Shown here: positions 19,268 to 28,515 of the stretch, piece by piece | Numbering within the stretch: the stretch's first letter is position 1 | Layout: each line of letters begins with the position of its first letter | NCBI GenBank assembly: GCA_044226015.1 | Contig: JBGAHS010000002.1 | Span: 224,001-288,000 of the forward strand | Direction: 5' to 3' | Length of the DNA: 64,000 nucleotides | Source: Candidatus Obscuribacteraceae bacterium | GTDB lineage: Bacteria > Cyanobacteriota > Vampirovibrionia > Obscuribacterales > Obscuribacteraceae | Notes under the pieces: model-generated | Seen by the model: only the letters and a program-made list of their open reading frames with translations | What the model was told of the DNA's origin: nothing | Database searches by the model: none | Translations under genes and position numbers: made by a program

Positions 19268-19561
19268 TTATGATTTCTCTTTGTCGCTTGTGCCCTTGTC
19301 TGCAGAGCCTTTATCGTCTTTGCTAGTTTGTTTCTCTTGTCCCTTTTCTTGCTTCTTGTCGTTCTTCTTTTCTTGCTTTTTGTCGCTCTTCTTTTCCGCT
19401 TTCTTTTCTTGCTTCTTCTCTTGCTCGCTTGGGGCAGGAGGGTCTACAGGCGGCAGCGGGCGACCATGAGGTTTGTTGGGATCGAACGGAAGCAAGTCTG
19501 CCGAAGCAGGCATTGGTGTCAAGATACTCAAAAGTAGGACAAGGGCGACTGCTAACTTCAT
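19268..19561 (-). CDS. Small secreted protein with Pro-rich segment and K/E-rich 4-aa repeats
   Basis: Signal peptide ASA-D; EKKQEKKAEKKSDKKQEKKNDKKQ. Confidence 0.7.
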   Translation of the reverse strand: MKLAVALVLLLSILTPMPASADLLPFDPNKPHGRPLPPVDPPAPSEQEKKQEKKAEKKSDKKQEKKNDKKQEKGQEKQTSKDDKGSADKGTSDKEKS

Positions 19562-19722
19562 TTTGACGCTCCAAACATCTAACTTCTTACATGATATATC
19601 AATGCGCTGACTTGAGCAGCAGGGGATTCATTGAGCTCACGCAAGTGAATGTCGCTGTCTGACAATCTAAGCCGGCTTCCGCACTTACTTAAAGAATGAG
19701 CACGCCTTTCGCAGCAGATAGT

Positions 19723-22680
19723 CTAGCCGGAACTCATAAGCTCAGCACGGCCAATACGTTTGCGGTCTTGCAAGAGGCGCTGTAGCACTGGCGCATTTTT
19801 CAACTCGGGATCTTCCTTGATCCACTCAATTGCAACCTTTCTTGCGCTTTCGAGGATTTTTGCATCTTTAACTATATCCGCCAAAAGCATCTCAGGCATG
19901 CCGGATTGCCGCACCCCAAGGAATTCGCCAGGACCACGCAGCTCGAGATCTTTCTGTGCGACGACAAATCCATCGTTAGTTTCGGTCATGATGCCCAACC
20001 TTTGGCGCGTCTGCTCAGACTTAGCATCTGCCACCAGAAAACAATATGATTTGTCAGCGCCGCGTCCAACCCTTCCGCGAAGCTGATGCAACTGTGCAAG
20101 ACCAAATCTATCAGCGTTTTCTATAACCATCACAGTTGAGTTAGGCACATCGACACCAACTTCGATCACCGTAGTTGATACCAAAATATGGTATTCACCT
20201 TTCCTGAACTCTTCCATCACTTTATCTTTGTCTTGCGCCTTGAGTTTCCCGTGCATCAAACCAATTTTGAATTGCGGGAAGATCTCAGTGCAGAGCCTTT
20301 CATATTCAACTGTCGCAGCCTTGGCCGAAAGTGTTTCTGATTCTTCAATTAAAGGAAATACTATATATACCTGGCGACCGAACATGATCTCTTCTTTGAT
20401 TTTCGAAATCATTTCATTCTTTTCTTTTGCAGTACAAACCAATTTGGTTTCAATTGGTTTTCGGCCTGGCGGCAACTCATCGATTTCGGAAACATCAAGG
20501 TCACCGTGCAAAGAGAGCGCCAGGGTTCTTGGAATTGGAGTTGCTGTCATGGTAAGCAATTCAGGATTGTTGCCTTTTGCTTTCAAATTCGCTCGTTGCT
20601 TAACGCCAAATCTATGTTGCTCATCAATGATTACAAATCCCAGTTTGTTGAACTCCACGTCGTCCTGAATCAGAGCATGAGTTCCAATCGCAACATGCAC
20701 TTGTCCATTGAGAAGTTCTTGTTGAACTTGTCGACGTTCTTTCACAGTTTGTTTGCCCAGGAATAAAGCGCAACGCAGACCCAACGGCGTCAACCAACGT
20801 TGAAATTGCCTGAAGTGTTGCTCGGCAAGTATTTCTGTTGGAGCCATCACTGCAACCTGGTAACCATTTTCAATAGCTACCAGAGCCGACATAGCAGCTA
20901 CAACGGTTTTTCCAGAACCAACATCTCCCTGAACGAGACGGTGCATAGGCTTTGGTGATGCGAGATCTCTTTCAATTTCCCCAAAAACCCTTTCTTGTGC
21001 ACCAGTGAGTTTGAACGGCAGCCCTTCTTTGAACTGCTGAAGCAAATGACCGGTTGGTGATTTTAGAGTTAAAGCATCATTATTGTTTTGGAAGTGATAT
21101 CGCCGCATCGCCAGCTCAAGCTGAGCTAACAATAGTTCGTCGAAAACCAGCCGTTGCCTGGCTTCCTCTGACTGCTCAAGGCTTTCTGGAAAATGAATGC
21201 CCCATAAAGCAGCGGGCAAATCTGCAAGCCCAAGTCGCTCACGCAGCTCTTTCGGCAACGGATCGGTCATCTTGTCAGCAAAACTATCAAGTGCCGTATG
21301 AATGATTTTACGCAAAGTTCTAAGCGAGAGTCCTTCGGTGAGTGCATACACAGGAACCAATCTGCCTACATGTAGAGAGCCGAAATCATCGTCATTTGCA
21401 GCTAAAGTACCAAGCAACTCTATCTCGGCATTCTTCAACTTGAGCCTGCCACCATAATCGTCTAACTCAACTATGCCGCTTGCCATCACTTGGGCACCTT
21501 TTGGATAGCTTGCCTTATAGCGTTCCAACAAATATTTATTAGAGCGGCCGCCCACAAACTTGCTGATGAGAATACTTCCGCTACCATCATTAATAGTGAT
21601 GCTAAGAATTGAAATATTTCCGCGTTTAGATTGATAAGCGCCGACACTGCGGATAGTACCGAATATGGTGACAGTCTCACCAACTTCGAGATCACGAATC
21701 TTTCTATGATTTTGGAAATCTAAATGTTGCCGAGGGTAGTGGCGCAATAATTGCTCGGCATTATTTACGCCGAGCTTCTCAAGCAATTCAGCCATTTTTG
21801 GCCCAACGCCACGTAAGAACTGAACCTCCAGCTTACTGGGGTCATTCATATCGACCGGTTCGATGATGCGATCAGACTTTGCAGGTTTGTTCTTGTCTTC
21901 CAATTGCTTCATCCCCGCAGAATCGATTGATAAATGCGGAATCGGATATTCAAGAGACCTGGATTCTGCAACGGCAGGCTTGGAGGAAGAACTCGACTTT
22001 GAGCCGCCTCCTGAGCGCGACTTAAATGGACTGCCATATTTATAAGGGCTGGCAGCAGGTTCCCCAGCTGTAATGCTACTTGCCACTGCGCCATTTTTGT
22101 TGGAACCGTTATTGCCAGCTTTAGCGACAGCTGACTTCGAGCCATTTGAAGCGCTGACTTTAGCTTCGCCAGAACGTGACCCTCCTGCAAAATTCAGTCC
22201 AGATTTCCCAGAATTCAGGTTGCTAGAGGTCCCTGCGTTGCTGGCTCCAGCGGAAACATTGTTCTTTGCTGTTGCCGATTTAGCTCCTGATTTTTTTGCT
22301 GCGCTTGACTTTGCACTGACCAGCTTGCCAGAAGACCCAGATTTGTTCGCGACAGCTTTTCCTTTTGCAAATTCAGCTTCGGGGTCGGCTATTTGCGGCG
22401 GACCAACAAGCATTTCTTCGGTGCGCCGCAAAATCATGATTCTGGACGCCACATCAAGATTTGGATATTGCCGAAATAAACCGCGAAGGGTAGTCCAGCG
22501 CAAATCCATAGGAAAACGTTTCATCAGGCGTTCAGAAGTTCGTCGCATGAAGTCGGCAAAAGTACTGCGCTTTCCACGAAAGTCTGTGTAGCGAGCTTTG
22601 CGTTCAATGATAATAGCTTTACGCATAGCTGAAATTTCAGCTTCACGATCGACAACAGAATTGAATGAGCTGCTTGTCAC
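19723..22680 (-). CDS. recG: ATP-dependent DNA helicase RecG with long N-terminal extension
   Basis: LRGVGPK wedge domain, QGDVGSGKT, DEQHRFG, MTATPIPRTL, QLHQLRGRVGRG, DLELRGPGE. Confidence 0.97.
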   Translation of the reverse strand: MTSSSFNSVVDREAEISAMRKAIIIERKARYTDFRGKRSTFADFMRRTSERLMKRFPMDLRWTTLRGLFRQYPNLDVASRIMILRRTEEMLVGPPQIADPEAEFAKGKAVANKSGSSGKLVSAKSSAAKKSGAKSATAKNNVSAGASNAGTSSNLNSGKSGLNFAGGSRSGEAKVSASNGSKSAVAKAGNNGSNKNGAVASSITAGEPAASPYKYGSPFKSRSGGGSKSSSSSKPAVAESRSLEYPIPHLSIDSAGMKQLEDKNKPAKSDRIIEPVDMNDPSKLEVQFLRGVGPKMAELLEKLGVNNAEQLLRHYPRQHLDFQNHRKIRDLEVGETVTIFGTIRSVGAYQSKRGNISILSITINDGSGSILISKFVGGRSNKYLLERYKASYPKGAQVMASGIVELDDYGGRLKLKNAEIELLGTLAANDDDFGSLHVGRLVPVYALTEGLSLRTLRKIIHTALDSFADKMTDPLPKELRERLGLADLPAALWGIHFPESLEQSEEARQRLVFDELLLAQLELAMRRYHFQNNNDALTLKSPTGHLLQQFKEGLPFKLTGAQERVFGEIERDLASPKPMHRLVQGDVGSGKTVVAAMSALVAIENGYQVAVMAPTEILAEQHFRQFQRWLTPLGLRCALFLGKQTVKERRQVQQELLNGQVHVAIGTHALIQDDVEFNKLGFVIIDEQHRFGVKQRANLKAKGNNPELLTMTATPIPRTLALSLHGDLDVSEIDELPPGRKPIETKLVCTAKEKNEMISKIKEEIMFGRQVYIVFPLIEESETLSAKAATVEYERLCTEIFPQFKIGLMHGKLKAQDKDKVMEEFRKGEYHILVSTTVIEVGVDVPNSTVMVIENADRFGLAQLHQLRGRVGRGADKSYCFLVADAKSEQTRQRLGIMTETNDGFVVAQKDLELRGPGEFLGVRQSGMPEMLLADIVKDAKILESARKVAIEWIKEDPELKNAPVLQRLLQDRKRIGRAELMSSG

Positions 22681-22858
22681 AAGTCCACCGAACCAAATTT
22701 TCTAATGACAGGATAGCCTGAAGAAAGGCTTCCTAACGAGCTTTCTGCGATTAAATCTTTAGAACCGCTCGGTTGCAAATACGCTGCATAGCGGCTTTAT
22801 ATACACACTGATAAGCGTGAACGCGTGAAAGCGCTGACCCAGGCTTCGTTCACATATA

Positions 22859-22891
22859 AAAAGTGAAAGAGCCGCTACTTGAGCGACTCTT
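22859..22891 (-). terminator. Probable intrinsic terminator of mglA
   Basis: Minus strand AAGAGTCGCT-CAAGT-AGCGGCTCTT followed by TCACTTTTT. Confidence 0.55.
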
Positions 22892-22920
22892 AACATCATA
22901 GTTTCCTGGACGCTTCCGTT

Positions 22921-23499
22921 TTACTGCAAGCGGTTCAGAATCAATTTGGAGATTGCTTTCAATGTCGCGAATACACCGAGACCTTCTGAAGCCACAGCTT
23001 CGAAGCTCGGAATGCCACGAATATTCAAATCACGTTCCATACGTTCAACACTCATTGCATTTGCAAGGTCTCTCTTATTGTATTGGAGAACCCATGGAAT
23101 GTTGTCGAGTGTCAGATTGTACTCAGCAAGGTTATCGATCATGTTTTGCAACGACTCAGCGTTTTCTTTCGAACGCATCACATCGGAGTCGGCGACGAAG
23201 ATGATTCCGTCGACGCCGTTCAATATGAGCTTACGACTTGCGTTGTACTCAACCTGACCAGGAACCGTATAAAGAGAGAATCTCGTTTTAAATCCTTGCA
23301 CAGAGCCTAAATCAAGAGGCAAGAAGTCAAAAAACAGCGTACGTTCAGTTTCAGTGGCAAGACTGATCAGCTCGCCGCGCGTTGATGGCGCTAGCTGGCT
23401 GTGAATATATTTCAAATTGGTTGTTTTGCCACCAAGACCGGTGCCGTAATAGACGATCTTGCAGTTGATTTCTCTGGCGGCGTAGTTAACTAATGCCAT
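22921..23499 (-). CDS. mglA: MglA-family small Ras-like GTPase
   Basis: [34 protein letters not shown] (intrinsic Arg finger), [23 protein letters not shown]. Confidence 0.93.
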   Translation of the reverse strand: MALVNYAAREINCKIVYYGTGLGGKTTNLKYIHSQLAPSTRGELISLATETERTLFFDFLPLDLGSVQGFKTRFSLYTVPGQVEYNASRKLILNGVDGIIFVADSDVMRSKENAESLQNMIDNLAEYNLTLDNIPWVLQYNKRDLANAMSVERMERDLNIRGIPSFEAVASEGLGVFATLKAISKLILNRLQ

Positions 23500-23988
23500 C
23501 CCTAATCCCTGTTTCCCTCACTCACCCATATCAACCTAGCTGGACCAACTGCTTTCGATACAGATTGATACCACGAATGCGGCTCGGTTAAAAGCCTATT
23601 CGTCTGAGCTTGAAGAATTGAGAGCCGAGTATTGCTACGCAATGGCTGCCTCTTTCTCTTTACTTGTTATCGTCTGCCGAACAACTGCGGGCGTAGTAAA
23701 AGCTACTGTTTAAGGATACTACGAACTATCGATTCTCAATCATCTGACAACCAAGAAATCTAGTTGTCATGCTTATTAAGACGTAACATCCTTCAGACTT
23801 TCTGAACACCGCAAATCATTGTGATATAATTTCATCCTTCGTGGAGCAGGCTCCGTCAAGTGATTCCTTCTAGGAAGGAAGTCACTCTCCTTTTGAAAGA
23901 TACCCACTTTTAAGGAGCTAAACGCAGTTTGTTCAAACGAGTTTTTATAAGCACGTGACACTTTAGTGTCATCGAAGGGAAATTCGCT

Positions 23989-24192
23989 ATGTCAAAGCAA
24001 TGTGAAACTTGTGGAAAAGCGCCAACAACAGGCTACAACTACACGTTTTTGCGGTCTCACTTCAACCCGCATAACAAGCGTCGTTGGCTACCGAACCTGC
24101 AAAAGATTCGCGTCAACGTAGGCGGCCAGGTCAAGCGCATGAAAGTTTGTACCAGCTGCATCAAAGCCGGCAGAATCCACAAGGCTGGTTAA
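23989..24192 (+). CDS. rpmB: 50S ribosomal protein L28 (Zn-ribbon form)
   Basis: CETCGK...RSH...KRRWLPNLQKIR...KVCTSCIKAG. Confidence 0.95.
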   Translation: MSKQCETCGKAPTTGYNYTFLRSHFNPHNKRRWLPNLQKIRVNVGGQVKRMKVCTSCIKAGRIHKAG

Positions 24193-24213
24193 CCGCAGTT
24201 AAGGTTTGTCGCT

Positions 24214-24246
24214 ACCAACGATGCCATTTTGGCCATCGTTGGTTTT
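24214..24246 (+). terminator. Probable intrinsic terminator of rpmB
   Basis: ACCAACGATG...CATCGTTGGT stem followed by TTT. Confidence 0.6.
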
Positions 24247-24461
24247 GTGCTTTTTGGATCTACACAATACATTTCGTAACCCATTGGCAGCGCCACCGCT
24301 TGATGTGCAATTGTGACAAATGATTTTGTGAACTAATGCTTCAAGATATATCAGCCAGAGATGGCAGACTACTGACAGCTGAAATTCGCAAGTCCGATAA
24401 TCAAGAACGTCTGCAAGAACTTCATCGGTACCTATTTTTTTGTTCAGCAAAGATTTTTCGT

Positions 24462-24885
24462 GGGACTCAATCGGTACCGGTCCAGTTCTCAAAAATTCGC
24501 TGGCTCTTGGCGAGTAGAAAAAACTTGGAACTCAATCGGTACCGGTCCAGTTTTCAAAAATTCGCTGGCTCTTGGCGAGCAGAAAAAACTTGGAACTCAA
24601 TCGGTACCGGTCCAGTTCTCAAAAATTCGCTGGCTCTTGGCGAGCAGAAAAAACTTGGAACTCAATCGGCACCGGTCCAGTTTTCAAAAATTCGCTGGCT
24701 CTTGGCGAGTAGAAAAAACTTGGAACTCAATCGGTACCGGTCCAGTTTTCAAAAATTCGCTGGCTCATGACGAGCAGAAAAAACTTGGAACTCAATCGGT
24801 ACCGGTCCAGTTTTCAAAAATTCGCTGGCTCTTGGCGAGCAGAAAAAACTTGGAACTCAATCGGTACCGGTCCAGTTCTCAAAAT
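24462..24885. repeat. Tandem array B: 7 cores of a 65-bp unit homologous to array A
   Basis: Cores at 24473, 24538, 24603, 24668 (GGCACC), 24733, 24798, 24863; unit AAAAAACTTGGAACTCAATCGGTACCGGTCCAGTTTTCAAAAATTCGCTGGCTCTTGGCGAGCAG; degenerate core at 24427. Confidence 0.95.
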
Positions 24886-24924
24886 GATATGCACCAGAGT
24901 TCGCTTGACATTGATTGGATGTAA

Positions 24925-27900
24925 TTATTTCCCTGCTGCCTTCAATGCAATGAACGCATTTAGCAAAGTCGCCACAGCTACCAGGCGGCCCCTGACAGCA
25001 CCTCCTGGACCATGTTCGCTTGCCAACTTCTCAATTTCAGCGGCAGAAGGCTTAAAGCTATGCATGATCTCCTGCGCTCTTTTCATCGCCTCTGCATGAC
25101 CGGGGCTCTTGTCATTGCTCAGCTTTGCGTGAAACTCTCTCTCCTCAGCTATTGCAAGCTTCAGCTCAGCAATAAGTCTTTGGTCCTTTTCTCTTTTGAG
25201 TTCTTCAGCGGAAAGCTTCGCTTCCAATCCCTTGATTCGCTCGGTCCAGAGTTCAGAGAATGGAATCTCTCTATCCACATTTCCAATCTTTACTCCGTTA
25301 GGACTGATTTCAAGGCTTGCCACTTTAGGACCAGATTCTGGCAGATGAGTAAGCTCCGCTCCAGCACCAGAAGACCGTTGAGTACTCTCGGTCGAAGCGT
25401 CGGCCTTTGTCGGCACGGCTCTAGCGAAGCTCTGTGAGACGAACTCGCCCAGAGCAGCCTTTGCACCAGCTGCGGTGGCAGAATTCGAGCGCACAGTTTG
25501 TTCCAACATGCTTGTGTATAGTGCTTTTGTAAGCTCTTCTGGTTGCCCCTTCAACAATTTCTCGGGAACAACAAATTTTGTTTCGACCTCACTGACAGCC
25601 AGCTCTGTCTTTCCATCGGAAGCAAGAACAAATTTGCCATTGACTCGAAGGGCAGCTTTGCCCTTCGCAGAATACTCCACACCAACCTGATTGGCGGTTT
25701 TGCTTACATCAACTGATATTTTGTCTTGGGTGAGTTGTGGTTCTTTAATGCCTGATTCTTTCAGGAATTCACTAACAGCATCAGCAATACGCGTATCCGA
25801 ATCAATCGGTGCCCCCTTCAATGTCGCCGACATGCTTTCAACTTTCTGATGAAATTGCTGAAGCGCTCTTTCACTTAAAAGTTCTTTTGGCACTCCCAAT
25901 TTTTCTGGAGAGGACTGTCCTGGCTCTTTCGCGCCATCGCGGGCGGTACCAGTGCTTCCGTTAGAATCTCCCGCAGGTCTATTTGCAGCTTCAAGTCGCG
26001 ATTTTAAGCCACGCAAAATATCCGCTTCTGCACTCTGGTCACCATGCACCACAATCAAGGTTTCGAGCGCTTTTCCAAGCTCTGCTGGACTAACTGGTTT
26101 CTCAGAACCAAGTATTGATTTTGCCTGGCGGACGGAGTCCATAAAATCCCTTACGGGCGTTCCTTCTTTGGAGACGTTATATGCGGAACCGGGTCGGAAT
26201 CGCTCAGCTGCTTCATTTTGGGCAGCAGGAGGCAAAGCTTTTGTCAGTCTATCCAGCTCTTCAAGTCGCTTTCTAATCGCAACAAGTGGTTTCTTTTCTG
26301 TATGCTCAATCAGACCATCCAGTACGCCTCTTTTCAGATCAATGAGATCACGCTGCTCTCTGCCTGCCCCTCGCTTCTCAGCAAGCAAATCGATCTTTCT
26401 TTGCCTGCACATTTCAATCGTTTCGCTCAAACCTCTTTGTTTTTCGAGCAACTCTTCTCTGAATCCACGAATTTCAACGGCTCTGGTCATAGGGTCTTTT
26501 TGCGATTCAATATACTCCATTCGCTGCTTGTAATTGAGCACCGAGGTTTGATGTCGAGCAACAGCGATGTCAACGCTGTAAATATTTTGAGTTAATCGAC
26601 CTGTCTTCAAGGTTTCGAAAATAACATCTGCTTGGTTTTGTATATCGACTTTTCGAGCATTAGCTCGTCCTTCCCATTGGTGTGGGTCAGAACTTATGAG
26701 ACCGGCCTTTCGCATTGCAGGCAAATCTGCTTTTCTCTCACCATCCGCAGACTCCTGCGTGGAATCGATCAAAATATAGTTGCCGCTCTTCTTATCCAGC
26801 AGAAGGAAATCGCCACCGAGGTCGTCGATTGCACCACCACTCAATTTGACGACTTCAAAGTTTGTATAGTGATGATGTTTCTGTAGAAATTCGAGCCTCT
26901 CTTTTACAGCATCAAAAACAATGCCTTCTGTAGCCTTTCCACCACGAGAAGAGAGGAAAGCAGTGGCATCAGCCTCCGAGTTCAGCATTTTTACAAGGAA
27001 CTTCATCTGGTCATCACTCTGAGTTCTCAACTTAGAGCTTATTTCCTCAAGCCTTTTTATTTCGTCTTTATCTGCCTGAGAAAGAGGAATTTTTTCCATT
27101 TCCTTGTCGTAAATTTTGTCCAAGTCTTTTACGACGGCATCCCATGCTGATTTTGTACCTTTCATTTCTTGCAGAAAAGTTTTTCTGAGACGATCAAGTT
27201 CAACATAATCAGATGGTGTCTTGTTGCTAGTTTGCAAAAGGCGACTTATTTCAGACCGAACTTCTTTCGATCGCACTTCAGGATCAGCGCTCTCCAAACG
27301 TTTTTGAATGGCTTCGCTACGCCCAGTAATTGCTGGAATTTGAATCTTTCTGGCGAGCGGCTCTAGAATCTGAGACATATTTGGCTCACGAGTCATCAAC
27401 TCTCTCAAATTATTTCTGACTCTCTCTAGCGCATTTCCGTAAAGTCCACCCTTGCCTTCGGTTAAGTCACGATCGATAGACTCTAACAACTTCAAAGAGC
27501 CTTCCTTGCCCTGCAAAAGTCGACCGGCTTCTTTAATTGTTTCGGCGGTCGCGTCGCTCGGCTCGGAGGGCTTCTCTCCCGACGCTTTGAGGTCAGAGGC
27601 TTTATCATCTGCGGCTTTCTGGTCATCCGCTGTCTTATCATCATCATCCGCAGAAAGATTCTCTGCAGCAATTTCAGTAAATGCAGGTTCAGATTCTTTA
27701 TTTTCAGGCGCTGCCGTTTCTACGAGAGTCACCCCAACAAGCACTGAAGCCGTGTCCGTGGATACATTAGCAGAACCCGATCCATCAGCTTTGTCCGCGG
27801 ATACATTAGCTTTGTCAGCAGATCCATCAGAAGGTCCTGTAGTGGAAGCAACAGCCTTCACACCCAACCCCTTCTCGCCTGCGACTCTTTCGTCAACCTG

Positions 27901-28140
27901 ATCCGCGGCTATCTTATCCCCAGCAGTCTTTGCTCGACCCGGTTTGTTGCTTGCATCGGAATCAACGGAAGACAAAGAAATTGCAAGAAACGGAAGCGAT
28001 GCTAACTGCAAGCCTGAATTTTGCTCGGAAGCAGGTTCCGTTTTTCGCCTGTTGTTGGTATTCAGAACTTCGCGAGAAACGCTATCGCTTACCTCGTCGT
28101 TGTCCGAATCTACCCACGAATGATGATCAGAGCCTTCCAC
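24925..28140 (-). CDS. Large hypothetical protein (disordered N-terminus, coiled coils, possible nuclease-fold domain)
   Basis: 1071-aa ORF with GTG start; no recognisable full-length family. Confidence 0.8.
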   Translation of the reverse strand: MEGSDHHSWVDSDNDEVSDSVSREVLNTNNRRKTEPASEQNSGLQLASLPFLAISLSSVDSDASNKPGRAKTAGDKIAADQVDERVAGEKGLGVKAVASTTGPSDGSADKANVSADKADGSGSANVSTDTASVLVGVTLVETAAPENKESEPAFTEIAAENLSADDDDKTADDQKAADDKASDLKASGEKPSEPSDATAETIKEAGRLLQGKEGSLKLLESIDRDLTEGKGGLYGNALERVRNNLRELMTREPNMSQILEPLARKIQIPAITGRSEAIQKRLESADPEVRSKEVRSEISRLLQTSNKTPSDYVELDRLRKTFLQEMKGTKSAWDAVVKDLDKIYDKEMEKIPLSQADKDEIKRLEEISSKLRTQSDDQMKFLVKMLNSEADATAFLSSRGGKATEGIVFDAVKERLEFLQKHHHYTNFEVVKLSGGAIDDLGGDFLLLDKKSGNYILIDSTQESADGERKADLPAMRKAGLISSDPHQWEGRANARKVDIQNQADVIFETLKTGRLTQNIYSVDIAVARHQTSVLNYKQRMEYIESQKDPMTRAVEIRGFREELLEKQRGLSETIEMCRQRKIDLLAEKRGAGREQRDLIDLKRGVLDGLIEHTEKKPLVAIRKRLEELDRLTKALPPAAQNEAAERFRPGSAYNVSKEGTPVRDFMDSVRQAKSILGSEKPVSPAELGKALETLIVVHGDQSAEADILRGLKSRLEAANRPAGDSNGSTGTARDGAKEPGQSSPEKLGVPKELLSERALQQFHQKVESMSATLKGAPIDSDTRIADAVSEFLKESGIKEPQLTQDKISVDVSKTANQVGVEYSAKGKAALRVNGKFVLASDGKTELAVSEVETKFVVPEKLLKGQPEELTKALYTSMLEQTVRSNSATAAGAKAALGEFVSQSFARAVPTKADASTESTQRSSGAGAELTHLPESGPKVASLEISPNGVKIGNVDREIPFSELWTERIKGLEAKLSAEELKREKDQRLIAELKLAIAEEREFHAKLSNDKSPGHAEAMKRAQEIMHSFKPSAAEIEKLASEHGPGGAVRGRLVAVATLLNAFIALKAAGK

Positions 28141-28327
28141 AATCCCTTCCCTAGAAATCTGAGAGCCACTTAATTGTCTCGATGCAAACTGACATATTAG
28201 TGACTTTTTGAGTTATCACCATGATCTGCGGTCTTCCGCAGACTTGATTCGCTTCACTGAAAACCGTTGAATGCCTGCAAATCCGGCTGCTGATGCGCAT
28301 AAAAGCACTGCCGCGCCAAATGCATGT

Positions 28328-28484
28328 TTCATAAGCAGACTGAAAACCTGCGCCACCCAATTCATAAGCAGGCTGAAAACCTGCGCCACCCAATTCAGAA
28401 GCAGACTGGAAGCCCGCGCCCCCAATTCATAGGCAGGCTGAAAGCCCGCGCCCCCAATTCATAAGCGGGCTGAAAAACTGCGCC
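28328..28484. repeat. Tandem REP-like array, 5 units of 32-33 bp
   Basis: Units start at 28328, 28361, 28394, 28426, 28458; minus strand reads GTGG/GGGG-CGCAGG-TTTTCAG-CCTGC type hairpins. Confidence 0.85.
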
Positions 28485-28515
28485 TGCTCAAGCACCAGCA
28501 GAGATCACATAAAAG

